From Octopus vulgaris (taxonomy: Eukaryota), in the NCBI GenBank assembly GCA_951406725.2, contig OX597815.1:140802001-140866000 (forward strand): DNA of 64,000 bases. Direction: 5' to 3'. The translations under genes were made by a program, and so were the position numbers. A model generated the notes under the pieces. That model worked only from the letters and a program-made list of their open reading frames with translations, was not told where the DNA came from and ran no database searches. Positions 1 through 12,892 of this stretch are shown here, piece after piece; within the stretch, counting starts at the first letter, position 1, and each line of letters opens with the position of its first letter.

Positions 1-959
1 TTGGTTTTCCTTTACATCTGCATAACCTTGCGAATTTAATTTACATAGCTCTGAAACAATAAGTTGTTTGTCTACCATCAACTAGATTTTGTGTTAATTC
101 TTAAATTAATTTATTTTAAAATAACAAATTCTATCACTCTCAAGTATTTGGATACAACGTTTAGTTTTGGATATAAAATCTGCTACTTAACTTTAGGGCA
201 TCCTACATCAGTGATATGATGAAACGTTAACAAATAGTAATAGCATTTGAAAGTCAATATGGTTTACGTGCGAATAAATTTCAGATTCAGGAAGAACATT
301 TTGACGAAAACGAGGTTTTGCATATTGTTGCAGTCATCCATTAATTTTTATTTGCATGCCAATGAACTGGATGAATATTTTTACTCTGAAAAAAGTCACC
401 TAATGTATTTATTATACAGCATACTGTTAATGTAATTCGATATTTATGTTATGTATAACTGTTTATTGTTTTTTTTTAATGTTCGTAATATAAACATTCT
501 CTTTAGCACAGTTTTTCCAGAATGGATCGGTTTCAGCTGCATTAAATATGTATTGTGAAGAATGGTAAAATATCTCAATTACTTTGACTAGGAATTTGAT
601 ATGAAGGATTGAATATTTTCCTTTTTCAAACCATCAGTTACTACCTGATTTGTGATGTTGATTTGTTTGAGAATACCTACTGAATTTCGTCATGTAGCAA
701 AGCCGTAAATAGACAACGGATTTATGCTAGAGGTTTATGCTCTATCCAAAATAATTAAATATTTTCATTATCCTTGCAAAATTACTCTGTTTGATGTGTG
801 TTTTGAAAATATTAAAGATCCTGCGATGATACTATCTCCCATTTGTTCAAATTATTAAATGCTCTAATTGTTACTTCATTTACATTAGACAGTTTTATGA
901 TTATTTGTTAGCTGAATTAAGAATTTAATTTTCATTTTTAATCAATTATCTATGAAGTT

Positions 960-1850
960 TCCGTGTCATTGTGCAAAACACAAAAGTAAAGGTGTACAGG
1001 GTCACTATGCTCCCTGCCTCCTATGCACCAAGGAACGAAGACGGGCCAACTTAAAGAGCTTCTCGTCTGTTCTAGCGCAGTGAAAAATTCCATGTGCAGT
1101 TTAACCCTTGTAGTGTCAAGCATATCTGCGAGGTAAAGAGATTCGTGATGGGGTTGGGGAGGCAAGCAAACAGCCATACTTCACACCGTGCTTGACTACA
1201 AGCGCTTCCCTAAAATCTCCACTAACAGGGACGAGTACTAACATTCCTCTTTGGAACTGCTTGATTATATTATCTGAGAGAATTCATAAGTCTGCAGTAC
1301 ATTCCAAAAGAGTTTCCGTCTAAAACACTTTAAAAACATCCACAACCATCATGACGATAGGTTGTTGCTGCTCTTCTTTATTTAGCTTCTTCATGGCGTT
1401 CTCATGGCAGAGGTTGTTTCGGTTCTGGTGCTGTTCTAGCCATCTGCATATGCCTGGATGGACGGATCCTTGCTGAGTGAACAGGTTACGGAAATGTTCT
1501 TACCACTTGGTTCTCCTCTTTCGAAGGTGGGTGTGTACTTTGCTCCCGTCTATTGACTTGAGTTGCTCCTGGGGTCATACATGGCTTTCTGTTCCGTAAC
1601 CATCCCGAGTTAGTCATGCTTATCGGCCATGCTCTGCAGGCTTTCTTCCTCCCTCCGACACCAGTCGCTCTTCAGCGTTCTCAATTTTCTCTGCAATTTT
1701 GAATTGATTTCTCCAAAAGCAACACTGTTCCTCTCCTAGTTTTGCAGATGTCACAAGAAAGACATTGTTTATATTCGCGCAGCTTCTGAATCTCTTCGTG
1801 CTCTCAACCAATCTTATGTTTTGCACTGCGATGTCCCTAAGCTATTTGGA
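960..1850 (-). mobile_element. Degraded RTE (BovB-like) LINE fragment, with a small inverted piece at about 965-1045
   Basis: Minus strand gives KLQRKLRTLKSDWCRREEESLQSMADKHD (RTE linker-like) and EALVVKHGVKYGCLLA (like the RT motif GVKQGCVLAP). Plus strand at about 975-1020 gives TKVKVYRVTMLP (like RTE TKLKVYRAVVLP). Stops and frameshifts present. Confidence 0.75.
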
Positions 1851-2045
1851 AAAGACTCTCCTACTTGGCATGTGATGCCCATATGATAGCAATGATTCTG
1901 CTGAGGTGACATGTATTGTAGATTTATATGTCACATGTATATTAACATCTTCATCACCTTGACCTAACGTAGGCTTCTAACTGCAAAATAGATTTATTTT
2001 GGTAGTTTGGCATTTATGTAAGCATGATATTTGCGTTGTTGCCAG

Positions 2046-2246
2046 TTTATGCAAGAACCTCTCTTCTGCGTGACCGACGTTTATTTAATGGAATGGATAG
2101 CGACGAGGGCTGATACAGGCTTGGTCACCTTGTCGTCCAAGTGTTGCTGTCCGAATACAAAATCCATGAACAGATTAAAGAGGACATATTTCCCGAAAGT
2201 CTTCCAATCAACCGTCTTGGAATGATATTTATTTTAGCTATGCCAA
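2046..2246 (+). other. Candidate spliced exon (201 nt, phase 1-1) with one in-frame TGA
   Basis: Acceptor ttgcgttgttgccag| and donor ccaa|gtaagg. Reads YARTSLLRDRRLFNGMDSDEG*YRLGHLVVQVLLSEYKIHEQIKEDIFPESLPINRLGMIFILAMP, with TGA at 2111-2113. No family recognised. Confidence 0.3.
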
Positions 2247-5200
2247 GTAAGGTTATTTGTGGATCTTAGTCGCAGCGAGCAAAGAATCAGAAGTAATATT
2301 ACTTTGTATTTTAGTCAACGCTCCTATAATTCTGTGGATTGGTGATACCTTTACGATATAGAAAGTATTGGAGAATATAAATGAATAGCACTTACCTCTA
2401 ACAAATCTAAGCTGAATCTGATTATTACCTATTCTAATGCTATTAACTATATCTACGTTAACACCATTATGAAACAGTAGAAGCTATGTTCATGATACTG
2501 TTTACAAAACAGCAATATTTACTAACAGCATCAATGTCTTAGTTTTATAATTAGTCTCAGTTAATCCGCTTTAATTTATTTATCAAAACTCTCTTTATCC
2601 ACTAACGCAACGAGATAAATTGTGCGCACCTTTAAAATCCATATGGTGTATATGAATCAAAAACATAAAATGCAATTTAAAATATATCGTAGTGTGCTTC
2701 GTTATGTCTTTTTACTTTAAAAAGTTACTATATTCGTACAATTAAGATATATCTAATGCAGCCACAGGACTCACATAATTTGTGTTTGTAACAAATATTT
2801 CACTTAAATTGTTTTTTTTCATGCATTACTCCACTCTTATTTAATACTATATTAAAATCAGACACTATGAATATTTTAAAATATTTACTTTGATCTACTA
2901 CTTCAACTTTATAAATTTTTATATGATTCTTGAAACAGAAAATATTGCCCTAGAGCACGTCTGTTTAAAACGCTAAGTTTTTCCACGATGAACTAAACAA
3001 CCGTATACTACTTACAAAGACAACTCTCTCATTAAATCCCAGCCCTTCTTTATTTTCCTACCAAAAAATCGTATCCCAAAAGATTTCTTTTAGTTGAAGA
3101 AACACGTGGATAATCAGGCTAATAACCCGATACACAAAAGTATAATCTTCCCTTGATAGTCCATTCTTCAGCTAATGCTTCCCAATATGCCTAATTTTTC
3201 CCTCGTAGATTTTTCGCGGTCACCATATTCGTGAGATTTCTCTCTGGTATGTGTCCGGGTGTCAATACAAGGATTCAGTTATTAGAAATGTTATGAGGAA
3301 ACAAATTCCTTAATTTAAAAAATGTTCAGTTTTACATCAGATTCTTTGTAAAGCAGCATGCGATCTCAAAAAGTAGCTAGTAATATGTTGCTATAAGTAA
3401 TCATTACTATTTAAGTTTCTAATTAATCTCCCAGTTGTCTCATTTTTATAGATTGAACTCTATAACTTCTACACAGTACTTCTAAATCATATTGGAAAAT
3501 TGTTTACGAATATTAAGAGACATCTGGTATGTAATAAATTCTATGAATAAATTTCTAAAATTACTAACTGAAATAAAATTAGAAATTTATGAAGAACCAA
3601 TGTAGTTAAATTAACCTAATTCTATTATTATTTCACATTGTAATCCTGCTCGCACTTAAGCTAGTCATTTATATGTTTACTAACATTATCGCTAAGTCTG
3701 TTTTTCTGTAAACATCAATATAGGCATTTTGTAAGCCATTTAGTTTATTTCTTTTTAAATACTCTTTAACTTAAGTCGTCCAATTAAGAAATATTTCCAT
3801 CAAATATCGACTTTGCTAATTTATTCTCTCTCAGTAAATCTTAAAGACTTTATTGAACATAATTAGCTTTGCCCGCTTAACGACAGAGATATAAATAACG
3901 GAGATTAAAACACATTCACTATATAGGAAAATGATCAATATATATATATATATATATATATAAATCACTCCATCCAGATCAGTTTAAAACCTAGAAACTA
4001 ATCTTTGATTGTGACATGTAAGCTCTATTTTTTAAAAATATTTTAAATGTAATGATCTTAAATATACAGGTGTCTTTAAATGCTATTTTAATATATTACT
4101 AACATATCACAATATGCACATTTCTTCAATAATTATCTGTACAAACTATCAACAACCTTGTTTTGAACATTACACTCATTCCATAACACTCCATGTAGCG
4201 GATATTTCCTTCTAAACAAATATCATATCATTATGAAGATTATAACTCTTGCCTCCATTGTGAATATTATTTGATGTGTATATGAGAAATGATAACTTTT
4301 GATATTCAAAAAATAATATAAATCATTTGAAATATTTATAATACCTGCACTATCTATCCACATAAATTGAGTTTTCTATTTACTTACTTTTCAAACAACT
4401 TCGCACTGAGAATGAGAAATCACCTAAGATTTTCAAAAATACATTACTTTCTTGGAGTTAACGCTATGTCTGATAATATGGGGCGTAAAGACTTTTCATT
4501 TAAATAATTTCCCATTTGTTCCACAGTAGGAAGAATTTCCAAATAAAATAAAATATCATTATTCTTACTATGTTATACATGTTTAAATATTTTGATAGTA
4601 TTTGTACATTTCTTATGCTAGCAATTAAAAAGTCATCGATTACTTGAGCGACTATGTTAACACAAGAAGCCAGTACATGATTGTAAGTTAAACGTTGGCG
4701 GAGTTGTTTTTAAAATACAAATGATACGTTTATTCGTTTCCAAAGTTTGGGCTAAGGTTCTTTTGTAAAAACAAAAAGACCTGCTAATTTTGCTATCGTT
4801 TATTTTTCAAACATTAGCTATATTTCCGTTTCAGTATACAACACGAGTGAACCATGAATGCTATTTACTTGGCAGACTACAAATACAACCCAAATGATAT
4901 GAAACCTAACAGACCAAGAGGAATTATATTACACAGAAGATTTAAACACTTAAATGCTATTAAGTGCGTTGAGAACTGAAATTAGTTCTCCATCCCATCA
5001 CAACTCTATATCTATTTACGGAGAGAGCAATTATGTGTTAAACATGAGGCTGAAGTTACCGTAACTTGATGCAGCAGCAAACAACTTTTCAATTTTAAGG
5101 TAAGCTACACTGTTACGGTTACTGAAATGCTCAACGGAGCTTCATGTGTAGTATTACTAGTGTGTAATGAATCAAAGTCAGTTTATGTTTCCTTGCTTTT

Positions 5201-5404
5201 CACATTTTTATTTTTATTGAAGCAATAACAGTCGAAGAGTTAAGAGTTTCACTTCGTAATCTTATGCGTCTCAGTTTGATGTCACTAGATGGCATTTGGG
5301 ACAAGTGACTTCTGCTGTTGTCTTGTAAGAACAAATGTTTTTGGGTAGAATGTATGTCTGTCTGTCTGCCGGTCTGTCTGTCTCTCAATATATATATATA
5401 TATG

Positions 5405-5585
5405 ATAGATCGTCGGCCACTACACACATTTTTTTCTCTCCTTGTTTTTTTGTGTCCCTTTCTGTAGAAGAGTGTAGGCTCGAAACGTAAAAGACTTATT
5501 CTATTCCTGAGCGTTATACTAATACATATGTTTGTTTTGTACACCACCTGTCTTCGTCTTTGTTTTTTTCGTAAACTCTCCCTGT
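5405..5585 (+). mobile_element. Short dispersed repeat (Penelope pLTR-like) carrying a hammerhead-like motif; related copy at 20625-20815
   Basis: Shares blocks such as gagYgtaggctcgaaacgtaaaagact, ctaataca, gYttgttRtttRtaca and cttcgtctt with the copy at 20.6-20.8 kb. Flanked by (TA)n. Confidence 0.6.
5458..5493 (+). ncRNA. Minimal type-I hammerhead-ribozyme-like motif (A6U core variant)
   Basis: cttt-CTGTAGA-a-GAGT gtag GCTC-GAAA-CGTA-aaag. Stem I cttt/aaag, stem II GAGT/GCTC, palindromic ACGT stem III. Confidence 0.5.
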
Positions 5586-6018
5586 ATATATTTATTTATA
5601 TATATGTATGTGCGTATCTACATAAATGTGTGTGTAGTTATGTAAGTGTATGAATCTGTGGCTATTAATTCGTATCTAACGGTACAAACTATCGTCGTGT
5701 ATCTCTAGGTTGAAAAGCAAATGAACATTCGATTCCCTCAGATCGACTATAATAATCAGCGAACTGAAATCTCATCAGCCAAATGACCAGTGAAGGCAGC
5801 AAAAAATCATGCAAGTATTCAGCGCTAATTTTTATATAGCGAATTATAACTTTGACAAAATGCAATAATTTCAGCAACAAAGATTAAAACAACTGCGACT
5901 GTTTTGTAGAACAATTTCTAAAACAGGTATATATTAATCAGCAATAAAATACCGTTGTTCAGTTATGTGTTGATACTAAATTTCAGTAGAAAAAAAAATA
6001 TTAAAAGGCTAGGAATGC

Positions 6019-6215
6019 GGCGAGCTGACAGAAATGTTAGCACGCCGGGCGAAATGCCTGTCTTTATGTTCTGAGTTCAAATTCCGCCGAGATCTTCTTG
6101 GCCTATCATCCTTTCGGGGTCGATAAATTAAGTACCAGTTGCGTACTGTGATCGGTCTAATCGACTTGCTCCCTCCCCCAAAATTTCGGGCCTTGTGCCT
6201 AGAGTAAGAAAGAAT
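6019..6215 (+). mobile_element. tRNA-derived SINE, family A
   Basis: Head ggcgagctgacagaa, B-box ctgagttcaaattcc, central catcctttcggggtcgataaattaagtacc, tail gggccttgtgcc. Multiple copies in the window. Confidence 0.85.
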
Positions 6216-6233
6216 ATCAAAAGGCTAGGACAA

Positions 6234-6410
6234 GGTGGTGAGCTGGCAGAATTGCTGGCATTCTTAGCGGCATTTTGCCCGTCTTACATTCTGAGCTCAA
6301 ATTCCATGGAGGTCGACTTTGTCGTTCATCATTTCGATCTCGATAAAACAAGCACCAGTTGAGTTTTGGAGTCGATGCAATTGACTTAACCCCGCCCCGA
6401 AATTGCGAGG
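6234..6410 (+). mobile_element. tRNA-derived SINE, family A (diverged, tandem with the previous copy)
   Basis: ggtgagctggcagaa...ctgagctcaaattcc...gtcgacttt...gataaaacaagcaccag. Confidence 0.75.
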
Positions 6411-6469
6411 GGTGGGGGATCCCATGTAGCCTTTTCAATTTCAGAAATAACATTCGGCAACTACGCAGG

Positions 6470-7150
6470 TCCAGCTCTTGCCTGTGAACCTTGCGACATT
6501 TCCAGCCCACCCGAACTTCTGCTTTGGATACTCAAGGATCACATCCTTCACTCCGTCTCGTTCCGTGTTATCTTATTTCGACTGCGTTCTCTTAGTTGTA
6601 TTCTCAGCATGGAAATTTCTATGGCCCTTTACGTCATAGCCAATCGATGGTCTATCTCTTCGTAGTAACCCTCTTCTCATTTGCATATAAGAATGCAGAC
6701 AGGACGCTGCTATTGAAGAGATTGGCGCGTATGCCACTGTCTAGTTTCGTTTGGAGCACATGCTTTATTAACTTAAGTGTCTTGTTTCCTGCCCATATTC
6801 TAATTACAATCTTCAGTATCCATATCTCAGCGCGTATTCAATAAGTGTCCTAAGTACCTTCTCGATTTCATCTCTTCCCACCTCTATACGGCTTTGTGAT
6901 ACATCTTCCAACGACATATTTTTTTTTCATATGTTTCATTTTAAGACCTACTGCTAAGCTCTGAGTGTTCATTTCTATTAGCATGGTCAGCAGCTGATCC
7001 GGTGTCAGCCATGAGTACAATGTCATCTGCGAATCGGAGCTGTGTCAGTTGCTCGCCATTGATGTTCACGCCTTCTATCCAGTCGATGTCTTTGGTGACC
7101 ATTTGTTGACAAAGCTTAGTCTTGCTTCACACCCTTCTCGATTGGGACCC
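6470..7150 (-). mobile_element. RTE-type LINE, reverse transcriptase and C-terminal fragment
   Basis: Minus strand gives DWIEGVNINGEQLTQLRFADDIVLMAD (catalytic FADD) and, downstream, KQKFGWAGNVAR (RTE WAGHVAR motif). Frameshifted. Confidence 0.85.
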
Positions 7151-8846
7151 TTACTGGTGGTGATAAAGAATAAAAGAGAATACTCAATACATGATGTTTA
7201 GTTTACTCATATATTCAGCTGATAACTTTGTCTGTTACTTCTAGCGTCACGATTGTTCGACCAAACAGAATACTATACTGCTCTCCACGACTCTACTGCA
7301 TTATGAGAACATCCTTTAGTATGGTATTCCCACACTCTGTGATCTCCACCTTGCCAGGATTATATTACTGCACCTTCGCACCTCTTTAATATTACACTAA
7401 GCACCTTAGCACCATAACGCAATATATCAACGTCAAATCACCGTAACATCACAACAGTTATAAGAGCAAGTCTTACAATGTAGACCGATTCACAACTAAA
7501 CTACAAATAATCTATAAAATGATAAATAGGATTTGAAAACGAAATTAAGTAACAAACAATTGTAGCGTAAAATAATTAAGATGATTAGAGTGTCAATAAA
7601 TTAAAATATTAATTAATTAGAACTTGAAATGCACTTTGTTGAAAAGAAACTATTTTTGCAGAAAGAATAACTTTAAGTGCAATAAATTATGTATCTTACC
7701 TTCTCACTCCTCATTTCTAGATTTTAAATAAAAAAGAAATGATAATTAAAGATTGTTTTCATATTATTCACTTTAAAGTTCAGTTGAAACAAAAAGAGAG
7801 AATCGAAGAAAACTAATTTAATTATTCCAAAAATAATTATAGAAATTACATAGAAAATAAATTACTATTGGAATACTGTGTACATAAATTCTCTCAGCTG
7901 ATGTTTCACCCCACCCTGCTGGTTTGAATTTTAATCAGTTGGATAATTTGTTGTTTTCAAGTTTCATGTTTTCTATTTTTCTCTTCTGTTCCTTGTTTGT
8001 TCGCTGTTGGTTTGTAGCGCAACATCTAAAATATATATTAAATAACCGATTCAATGAACTGAATTCAATTTAACTCGTCAAATACAATCTAAAACCGAAT
8101 TTCTGAAGAAAAATTGCACAAAAAAGTGATTAACACAGAATTCTGTTCCAGGCAGAATCGATTAGGTGTCTATAATACGTTTAAAAGATATTTACTTTGA
8201 AAATAAATTTAATAAAACATAATGAAATAATTTATTTTTTCATTAAATATTGCGGAGTAATATTTGTTTTCAGAAATATTTTTTAATATAAAGACAATTT
8301 GTTTTGATTTAATTTGATGGTTTCATTCTCGGAGCGAGATGTCAATTAAGTAGAAATTTGTGTTTGTTTTCATAGTAATTTTCGCATCATCTAAACAGAA
8401 AATAAATTATTGAGTAAAAACACACTGGTATGTTTTTTCTGCAAAAATCATATTCTGGTTTTAAAATTTATACTAGAAATGCACGCAATCTTAAGGCTTT
8501 CCTCTCAGCATCTCTCAACATCACCTTACTAACTCATATACAATTGTATACATATGTATACATACATATATACAAGTATATATATAGAGAGAGACCAAAG
8601 TGTATGTACGCCGCTACATATGTATATATATTATATATATATATATATATACAGTATATATATATATGTATATATGTATGTATATACAAATGTATATATA
8701 TATATTCTATATATATGCACTCCCACGTGTGCGTGTGCCGCACGTGGTGCCTGGATGTGGGTGTGCGATTGTGTGTATGTGTGTTTTCGTGAGTGTGTAT
8801 ACCTATTTAGAGTAAAACGTAACTACTATACCTTTTTATATTTCAG

Positions 8847-9049
8847 TCTCACGAAATGTTAATGAAGAAAGAGTCTTCATATTCATTGGAGAAAATTTGG
8901 ATGACTGGCAAGCCAAAAAATTAATAATATCTGTTCTTTCGAATCTGATGAAAATATTTAGAATTGAAATAAAGATAGGCGAGAAAACATTGACAAGAAC
9001 AGGGAAAGTAGCATCTCTTTTATTGTGTACATCAGTCTGCACCAATTAA
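8847..9049 (+). other. Candidate terminal coding exon (phase 1)
   Basis: Strong acceptor cctttttatatttcag|. Open frame SRNVNEERVFIFIGENLDDWQAKKLIISVLSNLMKIFRIEIKIGEKTLTRTGKVASLLLCTSVCTN*. Phase-compatible with 2046-2246. Confidence 0.3.
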
Positions 9050-10644
9050 AATGAAATATTTCAATCCTAAACATTTCTATCTGTTATAACGCACACTAAC
9101 CTCGTCTAAAATTGTTGTGTGGACGCCCCCAGACGATGCTGTAGGCTAGCGCAATACGTAGATATATAGGGAGAAGCCTAGCCATCAGTAGTGAAGAGTA
9201 GGAGGAGTAGCAGTCGTAGTAGACTAGAGTAGAGCAGAGTAGAGAGTAGCAGTCGGAGTCGAGTTGAGTAGAAGGCATCCAAACGTGCGACATAACAAAA
9301 ATGTAGCTCAAATTATGAGTCCGTGTGTTTGTCACAAGCATGTGGTCAGTGTAATAGTTTTGGGAATTCTGTACGTGCATATCTTCAGTTGTATCTAAAA
9401 TAATTCTGTACCATTAATATTCGACTTCTTACTTCAATAGAACTGTTGCATGTCTTTCATCATTTCCTAAACAAAGCTTTCTTAGCGAAACATGTGCTGT
9501 TCTACATCCACTATTTTATCTCTTACTCACCCATTTCTGTCTTTTCTCATGTGCAGGAACTGTACTTAATAATTTGGCCAAATACCTATCACAGCTTCAC
9601 ATTCCCGAGTCTCCTTACCTTCCCAAGAATTTAGTATTCACAATGAATGTTGTCCATCCATCCCTTTCTTCTAATATTTAATGATCTGAGGGATCATAGG
9701 TCCAATCGCATCTCTACAGACTGCAGAACGTAACTTACAATATCAACTGTGACATCCGTCTGATGTTTATTATGAAGACTGATGTTCGATATTCATTGAA
9801 CTTGGTTGATTTCTGTCGCTAAAATGCTTAGATCGTGAACAAAACACGAGGATAAAACGAATGCTAATCAAAGAGACTAATTGGTAAGATGTTCTCATAT
9901 CTTCAGTTAAATCCATATAATTAAATTTGCATTTCTTTATTCCAATCAATAACATCAGTGCAGACGGAATAGTTTACAGTTTGTTTATTCATGAAATTCT
10001 ATAGCCATTATTCCTTATAATTACAGAGGTTATGTTTTGGTAAGCTTTGCAGTACATGATATAAAACTTGTCAATTTATAAGATGTGTGTTTAGACAGTA
10101 AAATCTCTCACTAAGCCTTCACTGTCTTATAATGGTAATTATTTGAATATATTAAACTCTAGAATTTGTTTTACATTTCGTTTTACTCTATGAACTAATC
10201 ATATTCTTTCCATTGACTATATTCATTTGGAAACATTTTATACTTTGATACTAAAGTTGCAAGAACATATTCTTGTCATTTTGTTTTATTGCTATTCATA
10301 ATGGTAGAGGAATTACTGCTGATTATTGTTCACTTAAAATTTATTTCACGTCAGAGAAAGAAATAATTTTTCTGTTAAATTTTTTCTGGTGCAGTTTAAT
10401 TTATTTAGTTAAGCACGAAGAGTACGGTGTGATTTTAGCCACCGGTCAGTTTTCGCATGCCAATTTGAAGAAGGTATTTTCAATGATCATATCCTAATAT
10501 ATCAAACTTTTGAGAAATATATGGACAATAAAAAAAACAAACACATACAGGGAAAAAGAATAAAAAAACAAACGTTTGGACGTGGCGCAAGTAATTTCCT
10601 AATTTGACGCTCAGACACAATATATATATATATATATATATATT

Positions 10645-10898
10645 CTTTTCTCCTCTTGGCACAAGGCCCGAAATTTTGGGGGAGGAGACCAGTAGGTTAG
10701 ATCGAGCCGATCTCATTATGCAAAAGGTACTTAATTTATCGACCCCCTAAAGGATGAAAAGCAAAGTCGACGTCAGCGTAAAGTCGACCACGGCGTAAAG
10801 TCGACCTCGGTGTAAAGTCGACCTCAAAACGTAACGACAGGCGAAATACCTCTAACCATTTTGCCAAGCGTACTAACATTTCTGCCAGCTCACCACCT
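10645..10898 (-). mobile_element. tRNA-derived SINE, family A, with internal 17-bp tandem amplification
   Basis: Reverse complement of the family A sequence (ggtgagctggcagaaatgttag...). Four copies of aaagtcgac at about 10763-10826. Confidence 0.85.
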
Positions 10899-11227
10899 TG
10901 ATAGATAGATTTATATTGCGGAAGCCAAAGTTTATGCTTGACAATGAGGTAGAATATAATTTAGATATAGGGAAGCTTAATACAGAAGCAGATATGCGGA
11001 AATATGGAGAAGGAAAAACAAAGTGATTAGAGTACGTACTGAAGGGGTTGAGTTAGAGAGAGACGGACAGACAGAGAGTGACAGAGTTGTATGGAGGGAT
11101 GGGATGTGTCGTACTGAAGATAATAGAATGCATGAAACAAGATTGAAAGATGTGTTGTCAAGTAAAATATATATGAATCCATAGAGAAGATATTGATAGT
11201 AAACAGACAATATAAAGTAGAGAGATA

Positions 11228-12318
11228 TCGGGTTGAGTAAAAAGCAAGCAATGTTTTGAACCACAAAGAATTTGTACCGGATTTTTACAGTTTTTCCTTT
11301 ATTTTTTAAACTATTTTTGTTTTTTGCAATTGTTTGATAATACAGACATAGACTTGCCCAAATGCATCAAGAAGTTAATATTGATCAGCTTGAAAATGCT
11401 TTCAACGATTTCGCAATGGAGGCCTCAGTCTTGAAGATCGCGAGTGTAGTGGACACCCATCTGTCATCGATGGACGCCAATTAAAGACTATCATTGAGAA
11501 AGATTCACATAAACCACTCGAGACCTGGCAAAAGAACTTCAAGTTATCCAGAAAATTGCCTGTAACCATTTGGATGCGATGGGAAAATCAAAAGAGCCTT
11601 ACAAATGGGTAACACATAATGTGAATGAGAATCAGAAATGCGCAGATATGAAATTTGTTCGACGCTTCTTCTCCGTAACCAGACCGATCCATTTCTCGAC
11701 CGTATTGTAACTTGCAATGAAAACTGGATTCTGTACAATTATGAAAAACGTTCATCGCAGGAGTTAGACCAAAACGAAACACTGTAGCATTCCCGAAACC
11801 CGAGCTCTGTTTGGTGCTGTTTTTCTTCTTAGAACCCAGAAAAACTATTACTGCAGAAGCATATTGCCATGAAATTACCACAATGAACGAAAACCTGTTA
11901 TTCCTCCATCCTAGACTGGTCAATAAAAGAGAACCATTTATTCTTCATGAAAATTCTCGACCATACGTTTCACTAATGATGCTCCAGAAGTTGAGGGAAC
12001 TTGTCTACGAAGTTCTTCCCCACTCAGCTTGTTCCCCGGACCATTCTCCTACTGACTACCACTTTTTCAAGTACCTTGATGGTTTCCTGAAAGAGAAAGA
12101 GTTCAAAATTTAAACGAATGGTGAAAGTACGCTGGAAGAGTTCATCAGCTCCAAAACACCAGATTTTAATGGTATCGGAATAAACAAGCTTGTCCCTCGT
12201 TAGCTAAAATGTGTTGATTGCAATGGTACTTACTTTCATAAATAGAATTCCCACATTGTTGAAATATATTGTGTTGAATTACATGTTTCAAAACGTTGCT
12301 CACTTTTACTCAGGCTGA
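11228..12318 (+). mobile_element. Mariner DNA transposon, defective (transposase pseudogene)
   Basis: Imperfect TIRs (tcgggttgagtaaaaagcaagcaatgttttgaa and its reverse complement near 12285-12318) flanked by TA. Translated motifs: FRNGGLSLEDRECSGHP, TCNENWILY, LHENSRPY, HSACSPDHSPTDYHFF (YSPDLAPSDYHLF-like). Confidence 0.92.
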
Positions 12319-12722
12319 TAGATAAATGGAGTAGACGAGACAGAACTAAACGAAGGGACAGAAGCAAATGTCATTCCTATCTGGAACTTCGAGAGAATTT
12401 ACAGTTTTAGAATATTTAAGTATATAAGTATTGTTTGGTGTTATAGTTTTGACATTGTTAATGTTGATAACGTTTGAAACTGAGCTTTCTTAATAAGTTT
12501 TACAATATTTCGTCTCTAAACATGGATTTAGTAGGTATTTTAAGCCTTTTGTCCATTCGTAAACGTCGTGCTTTAGTTTAGGAGAAAATAAAGCAAATTT
12601 ATTCTATATAATCTTGAATCCTTAGTATTGCGCAAAGAACATTGTTAATATTCCACAGAACAACGCATTAAAGGATCAGACACAAACGTATTAGTAAGAT
12701 GATAAGCTACAAGTAATCTTAC

Positions 12723-12892
12723 CTCTTGTAGGAGTTGTTCAGGCCACCGTGGCCGTCGTAATCGTCATTGTTTACCTCAGAGTTAGTCTTGAGTGAGTTG
12801 GTGTATGATCGAACGCTTTATTCGGCTTTGAAATCTTCTTTTGAAGGGCACACGATTTTAGTTCAGGAAATTGTGCTACTATTTTGCATGAC
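12723..12892 (-). other. Candidate spliced non-coding (UTR/lncRNA) exon
   Basis: Minus-strand acceptor cttgttgttgcag| and donor aagag|gtaaga around a 170-nt GC-richer block. All three frames contain stops. Confidence 0.3.

Noticed and set aside
9110-9440. Solo-LTR-like segment (TG start, TATA-like gatatataggg, agtag repeats); similar impression at 7155-7456
   Set aside because: No second LTR, target-site duplication or PBS could be verified.
10763-10826. CRISPR-like repeat-spacer pattern
   Set aside because: Eukaryotic context, 17-bp period, no unique spacers and no cas genes.
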